Positions 16,448 through 20,000 of a DNA stretch of 20,000 nucleotides are shown one piece after another. The stretch's first letter is position 1; each line of letters begins with the position of its first letter. Under the pieces are notes generated by a model. That model saw only the letters and a program-made list of their open reading frames with translations, searched no databases and was not told the origin of the DNA. Source of the DNA: Limisphaerales bacterium (GTDB lineage: Bacteria > Verrucomicrobiota > Verrucomicrobiia > Limisphaerales > SIBE01); contig JBGAIN010000022.1 of NCBI GenBank assembly GCA_044225505.1, positions 55,227-75,226 on the forward strand. The letters run 5' to 3'. The translations under genes were made by a program, and so were the position numbers.

Positions 16448-17710
16448 ATGGATAGTTTGCTTATTAAAGGCGGAACTCCGTTGCACGGAGAAGTGACGAT
16501 TAGCGGTGCCAAGAATGCCGTGCTGCCGATCATGGCGGCGACGCTATTGACGGACGAGCCATGTGTCATTCGCCGTGTGCCCCAGCTCAGTGATGTGACT
16601 TTCATGGGGCAGATCCTCGCGTCGCTCGGCGCACGGGTTGAGTTTGAGGGCGATACCGTCACGGTGCAGGCCGAGAATGTTGTCGGAGTCGGTGACTACG
16701 ATCTGATCCGCAAAATGCGAGGGTCTATCTGCATTCTAGGGCCGCTCTTGGCACGCTTGCACAAAGCCCGAGTCTCTCTTCCAGGCGGCTGTGTCATTGG
16801 TTCGCGTCCCATTGATCTTCATCTCAAGGGATTGGAAGCGCTCGGGGCCAAAGTCACGGTGCAGAGCGGCTATGTCATCGTTGCGGCTTCCAAGCTTTCC
16901 GGATCGGAGCTGTTTTTAGGCGGGCGGGCCGGTCCGACCGTTCTCGGAACGGCCAACGTGATGATGGCGGCCGTCCTGGCGGACGGGGTCACGATCATCG
17001 AAAGCGCGGCTTGCGAGCCTGAGGTCGTGGATTTGGCCAATTTCCTAAATGCCATGGGGGCCAAGATCGTCGGCGCGGGTAGCCCAACCCTGACGATTAC
17101 CGGAGTTAAACGGTTGCATGGCGCCGAGCACGAAGTCATTCCAGACCGTATTGAAGCGGCCACGTTCGCTATCGCGGCTGCGGTCACCAACGGGGAAATC
17201 ACGCTTTTGGGAGCCCGGCCGGATCATATGCACGCCGTCTTGGATAAGCTTCGAGAAGCAGGCGTCAAAGTCGAAAGGAACGGGGCGGCGTTGACGGTGC
17301 GGCGCGGTGGCCGACTCAAACCGGTGGATATTACGACGTTGCCCTACGCGGGGTTTCCAACGGATGTGCAGGCGCAGATGACCGTGCTGATGGCGACGAC
17401 CCCGGGCATCAGCATCATTACCGAACGCATTTTCGAATCCCGGTTCATGCATGTCAGCGAGTTGGCGCGTCTGGGCGCTGACATTGCCATCGAAGGTCCG
17501 AGTGCTATTGTGCGTGGAGGCAAACCGCTGAGCGGGGCTCCGATTATGGCGAGCGACTTGCGAGCTTCAGCCGCGCTCGTTCTGGCGGGCTTGGTCGCCA
17601 AAGGTAAGACTCTCGTCAAACGGATCTATCACCTGGACCGAGGTTACGAAAACATCGACGAGAAACTGCGAAAGCTTGGGGCTCGCGTGCAACGGGTGCA
17701 GGAAACATGA
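16448..17710 (+). CDS. murA: UDP-N-acetylglucosamine 1-carboxyvinyltransferase
   Basis: 'SGAKNAVLP', 'LPGGCVIGSRPIDLHL' (active-site Cys retained), 'PDRIEA', 'GFPTDVQAQ', 'DLRASA', 'HLDRGYE'. Confidence 0.97.
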   Translation: MDSLLIKGGTPLHGEVTISGAKNAVLPIMAATLLTDEPCVIRRVPQLSDVTFMGQILASLGARVEFEGDTVTVQAENVVGVGDYDLIRKMRGSICILGPLLARLHKARVSLPGGCVIGSRPIDLHLKGLEALGAKVTVQSGYVIVAASKLSGSELFLGGRAGPTVLGTANVMMAAVLADGVTIIESAACEPEVVDLANFLNAMGAKIVGAGSPTLTITGVKRLHGAEHEVIPDRIEAATFAIAAAVTNGEITLLGARPDHMHAVLDKLREAGVKVERNGAALTVRRGGRLKPVDITTLPYAGFPTDVQAQMTVLMATTPGISIITERIFESRFMHVSELARLGADIAIEGPSAIVRGGKPLSGAPIMASDLRASAALVLAGLVAKGKTLVKRIYHLDRGYENIDEKLRKLGARVQRVQET

Positions 17711-18117
17711 AGGCACTGATCAGTCTGATGCTTTTGCTCGCCGCTTTTTGGGTCGGTAAAAAGCTGTTCCTTACCTATCAGGATATTGAGAAGCACTCTC
17801 CCAATGGTGAGCCTGCGTCCTCACGTCAGGCCGCTTCCTCGGCTTCGGCGGCATTGCCCGGCCTCCCCGCGTCGCTCGAAACTTCGTTGGCCGCCGCAGA
17901 AAAGCAGGGCGTCAGCGGCTTACGTGATTGGCTGCGAAACTACCGCTCTTTCGCGAAAGACCCTCGCCTGGCGGCTATCGAACTCGATTATGTTGTTTTG
18001 ATCAGCCGCCAAGACCCTGCCGAGGCACGTCGCATCTTCGACAACGTCAAGGGCCGCACCCCAACGTTCTCTCCGATTTACGATCGCGTGAAGCGGCTGG
18101 AAAAAACCTTTCAATAG
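17707..18117 (+). CDS. Hypothetical membrane-anchored helical protein
   Basis: ATGA overlap with murA, N-terminal hydrophobic helix, Ser/Ala linker, then a helical C-terminal domain. Confidence 0.8.
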   Translation: MKALISLMLLLAAFWVGKKLFLTYQDIEKHSPNGEPASSRQAASSASAALPGLPASLETSLAAAEKQGVSGLRDWLRNYRSFAKDPRLAAIELDYVVLISRQDPAEARRIFDNVKGRTPTFSPIYDRVKRLEKTFQ

Positions 18118-18146
18118 CCATCGTTTTCCAACAGAGGTCGGACGCC

Positions 18147-18530
18147 ATGAGTCGCCCCTCGAGTCCTACGACGCACGGCTTGGAAGATCGTTTGCCGGTG
18201 TGGAAGGCATTTTCCGAACTCTTTCTCGATTCGGATCTGCAAGGCGAGGACTATGACCGAATCGCTCGTGTCGTGGCCAGGTCTCCCTATTCCGAGGCGG
18301 AGTTATGGGACATTCTGCGCTACGAGGTCTACCCGGTATGCCGTCGAAATCTCCGGAGCGTGGCGGGTGAATGGTCGGGGTTTGACGATGATTGGCTAAT
18401 TGGCCACGTGGCACCGCGATGTGGACGACGGCCATTGTTCCACTGGCTGGGACTCCATGGCTGGGCCATCCGAGGCGATTTTAGGCGAATCCTGGAGTCG
18501 GTGAACCCATTGAGAGTCAGCGGTCGCTGA
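18147..18530 (+). CDS. Small conserved hypothetical protein (DUF7079-like)
   Basis: 127 aa from ATG 18147 with GAGG upstream. 'RLPVWKAFSELFLD...SPYSEAEL..IL.YEVYPV...NL.SVAGEWSGFD..WL' is a recognisable conserved pattern. Confidence 0.75.
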   Translation: MSRPSSPTTHGLEDRLPVWKAFSELFLDSDLQGEDYDRIARVVARSPYSEAELWDILRYEVYPVCRRNLRSVAGEWSGFDDDWLIGHVAPRCGRRPLFHWLGLHGWAIRGDFRRILESVNPLRVSGR

Positions 18531-18698
18531 CCGATCCTGGTAGATGCTATGAAATTTCTTCGTAAAGCGCTGCGGTCAAGCTTTATCCGATGGTTAGGCG
18601 TGCTGACTTGTGGTGGCATTTTCCACCCTCTACCGACAGCCCCCGTTCAGCGCACCGTGAAATCCGGACGTTTTCTCTAGAGGCTCGAGACCTGCATT

Positions 18699-18714
18699 GG
18701 TGACATTTGTCACC
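18699..18714. promoter_or_regulatory. Palindrome GGTGACATTTGTCACC (second copy of the 2498 motif)
   Basis: 15/16 identical to 2498-2513. A more degenerate copy GGTGGCATTTTCCACC is at 18612-18627. Confidence 0.6.
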
Positions 18715-18845
18715 GGCCGCTGGAGAATTTGGGAACGGGCCATTCCCAAAGACGGCTGCGCAACCGAGATTTGTCGCATACTCCGTCCACAAATTGTGGA
18801 CCGCCGCGTCAGCCTCCCTCCCTAGAAAGCTGTTTCCTTCACCTC

Positions 18846-18922
18846 AGACAGCCTCCGGACAGCCTGTAAACGGCGTGCTCACAGCCTCGTGACGCTGTGA
18901 CCAAGCTGTCAGCACGCTGTCG
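18846..18922. repeat. Head-to-head array of 11-bp repeats (4 direct + 3 inverted), core ACAGC
   Basis: Direct units AGACAGCCTCC, GGACAGCCTGT, AAACGGCGTGC, TCACAGCCTCG (18846-18889); inverted units TGACGCTGTGA, CCAAGCTGTCA, GCACGCTGTCG (18890-18922). Confidence 0.75.
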
Positions 18923-19023
18923 CCAGCGAACGACCGAGCGCTCACGGCCAGAAACGCGCTCCAAGATACCCAGCGCCCCTTTGGACCGAGCGGTAAACGA
19001 ATTCCAAAGGAACCTTAGTCCTT

Positions 19024-19064
19024 GCGCGCCAGCGTCTTGGAGTGCGCCAGACCTCTGGCGCTTT
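19024..19064 (+). repeat. Solitary REP-like element (GGAG + GC hairpin)
   Basis: GCGCGCCAGCGTCTT-GGAG-T-GCGCCAGA-cc-TCTGGCGC-TTT: a tetranucleotide at the foot of an 8-bp hairpin, the standard REP layout. Confidence 0.65.
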
Positions 19065-19180
19065 GTCCCGAGAGCTACTTAAGGCCCAAACGCGACCATT
19101 CCTCCGATCGATCGCGCCGACTGTCGTCCGCAATTTGCGGACGGGACATGTCAATCGCCACGCCGGAGCCTTTCCCTCGC

Positions 19181-19234
19181 AATCTTCATCTTAATCATAA
19201 TCGTAATCCTCCTCGTCATCGTTCTCCGAATCCT
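19181..19234 (+). repeat. Degenerate hexamer tandem repeat (consensus MATCBT)
   Basis: AATCTT CATCTT AATCAT AATCGT AATCCT CCTCGT CATCGT TCTCCG AATCCT. Confidence 0.7.
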
Positions 19235-19679
19235 CCCGCACCTTCCTCCTGTGGTGCGTCCCACCCACCGTGGGGGGTCACATCCATCCACATCCAGCGA
19301 TCGAGGGCTATGGCATCGCCCGAAGCGCGCGCCTTGGTGGCGCAACCAAATCCAGGAGCAATTTGCTCCTGGTATGTGAGACAAATCGCAACCGGCGTTC
19401 CCAGGGCATTCAGCAAACGGCGACGAGCATCACTGGAAAACGCAAATCTGTTTTCCCAATGGCGAATCGAACTCCGTCATCCAGACGCCTTTCCCGTCTG
19501 CGATCAGCAATTGCTGATCCGAGTGCAACGTGCGCTGATTCAGGCGTTAAGGAGGGTGTTTGGGAATTATTGCCAGCACTGGTTCTAAGTCCGCTTAATG
19601 AAAGGCAAGAAATGTCGAGTTCAGGAGCCGTTCAAATGCGGGCGTCCAACAAGGCGAGAGAAGCCCTTTCTAGGAACAG

Positions 19680-20000
19680 ATGGCAGCCAAGGCTGGGAAG
19701 CTTGGTGTTAGCGAGCCTTTGAGGCCGTTGTTTCGTCATGCAGGAACCGCGTGAGCCCTGTTCTGCAAGTCGGAGCGGCCACTGCGCGGGCGGATCACAA
19801 GGTCGAAGGCCTTGACCGTGACCGTCGAAGGGTCAGTCCCGCAGAATGCAATATAGATGTTGACGCTTGAGGCGAGACAGCGGCAGGTTCTTGGAATGGC
19901 GTGGAAACTGGAGGGCAGTATCCTCAGCGGACGAGATAAAGCGTTGCTGATGGACGGGAGCGGCAACAGATACTTGAGAATGGCTTGTGATTACAGGCCC
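19680..20000 (+). pseudogene. Decayed REP-associated tyrosine (Y1 HUH) transposase, runs off the window
   Basis: 19857-20000 translates as ...LGMAW...ILSGRDKALLMDGSGNRYLRMACDYRP, resembling the RAYT segment 'GMKW...LFSGRYKA.LVDGSG.GYL..VCDY'. Upstream frames are broken by stops and there is no intact HUH motif. Confidence 0.55.

Noticed and set aside
16780..16812. Fosfomycin-resistant MurA variant
   Set aside because: The active-site Cys is retained (LPGGCVIGSRP); ordinary enzyme.
17928..18146. N-terminal extension of the 17928-18530 ORF
   Set aside because: It overlaps the 17707-18117 gene in another frame; the conserved pattern starts after ATG 18147.
19022..19966. ORFs 19022-19588(+), 19270-19722(+), 19216-19416(-), 19736-19966(-)
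   Set aside because: They overlap each other, run through REP, hexamer and palindrome sequence, and show no recognisable motifs; the last is antisense to the transposase relic.

Overview
GC-rich bacterial chromosomal window, most likely Verrucomicrobiota (Pedosphaera/Limisphaera-like). This is inferred from the H-X9-DG prepilin-like proteins, CotH, a C-terminal '...YYRL' domain and the REP types. From left to right: (1) the end of a COG3014-like / YcfL / secreted-protein envelope operon; (2) a 760-bp structured intergenic region with an inverted REP doublet, a perfect 16-bp palindrome and a 4+4 head-to-head array of 11-bp repeats; (3) an FmdB-type zinc ribbon gene, a frameshifted pseudo-peptidase, kamA, nth and a lipoate-ligase-family gene; (4) a six-gene minus-strand cluster encoding two NAGPA-type phosphodiester glycosidases, a CotH kinase, two prepilin/H-X9-DG proteins and a membrane-anchored protein; (5) a LysM gene divergent from prmC-murA and two hypothetical genes; (6) a 1.5-kb non-coding tail rich in palindromes, with a second palindrome + 11-bp array module, a REP, a hexamer repeat and a decayed REP-associated tyrosine transposase running off the edge. 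The most striking observation is that the two modules 16 kb apart share the palindrome GGTGACAWTTGTCACC and the same 183-bp distance to the dyad of an 11-bp-period array, yet use different repeat sequences. All protein family calls are by motif recognition, not database search.
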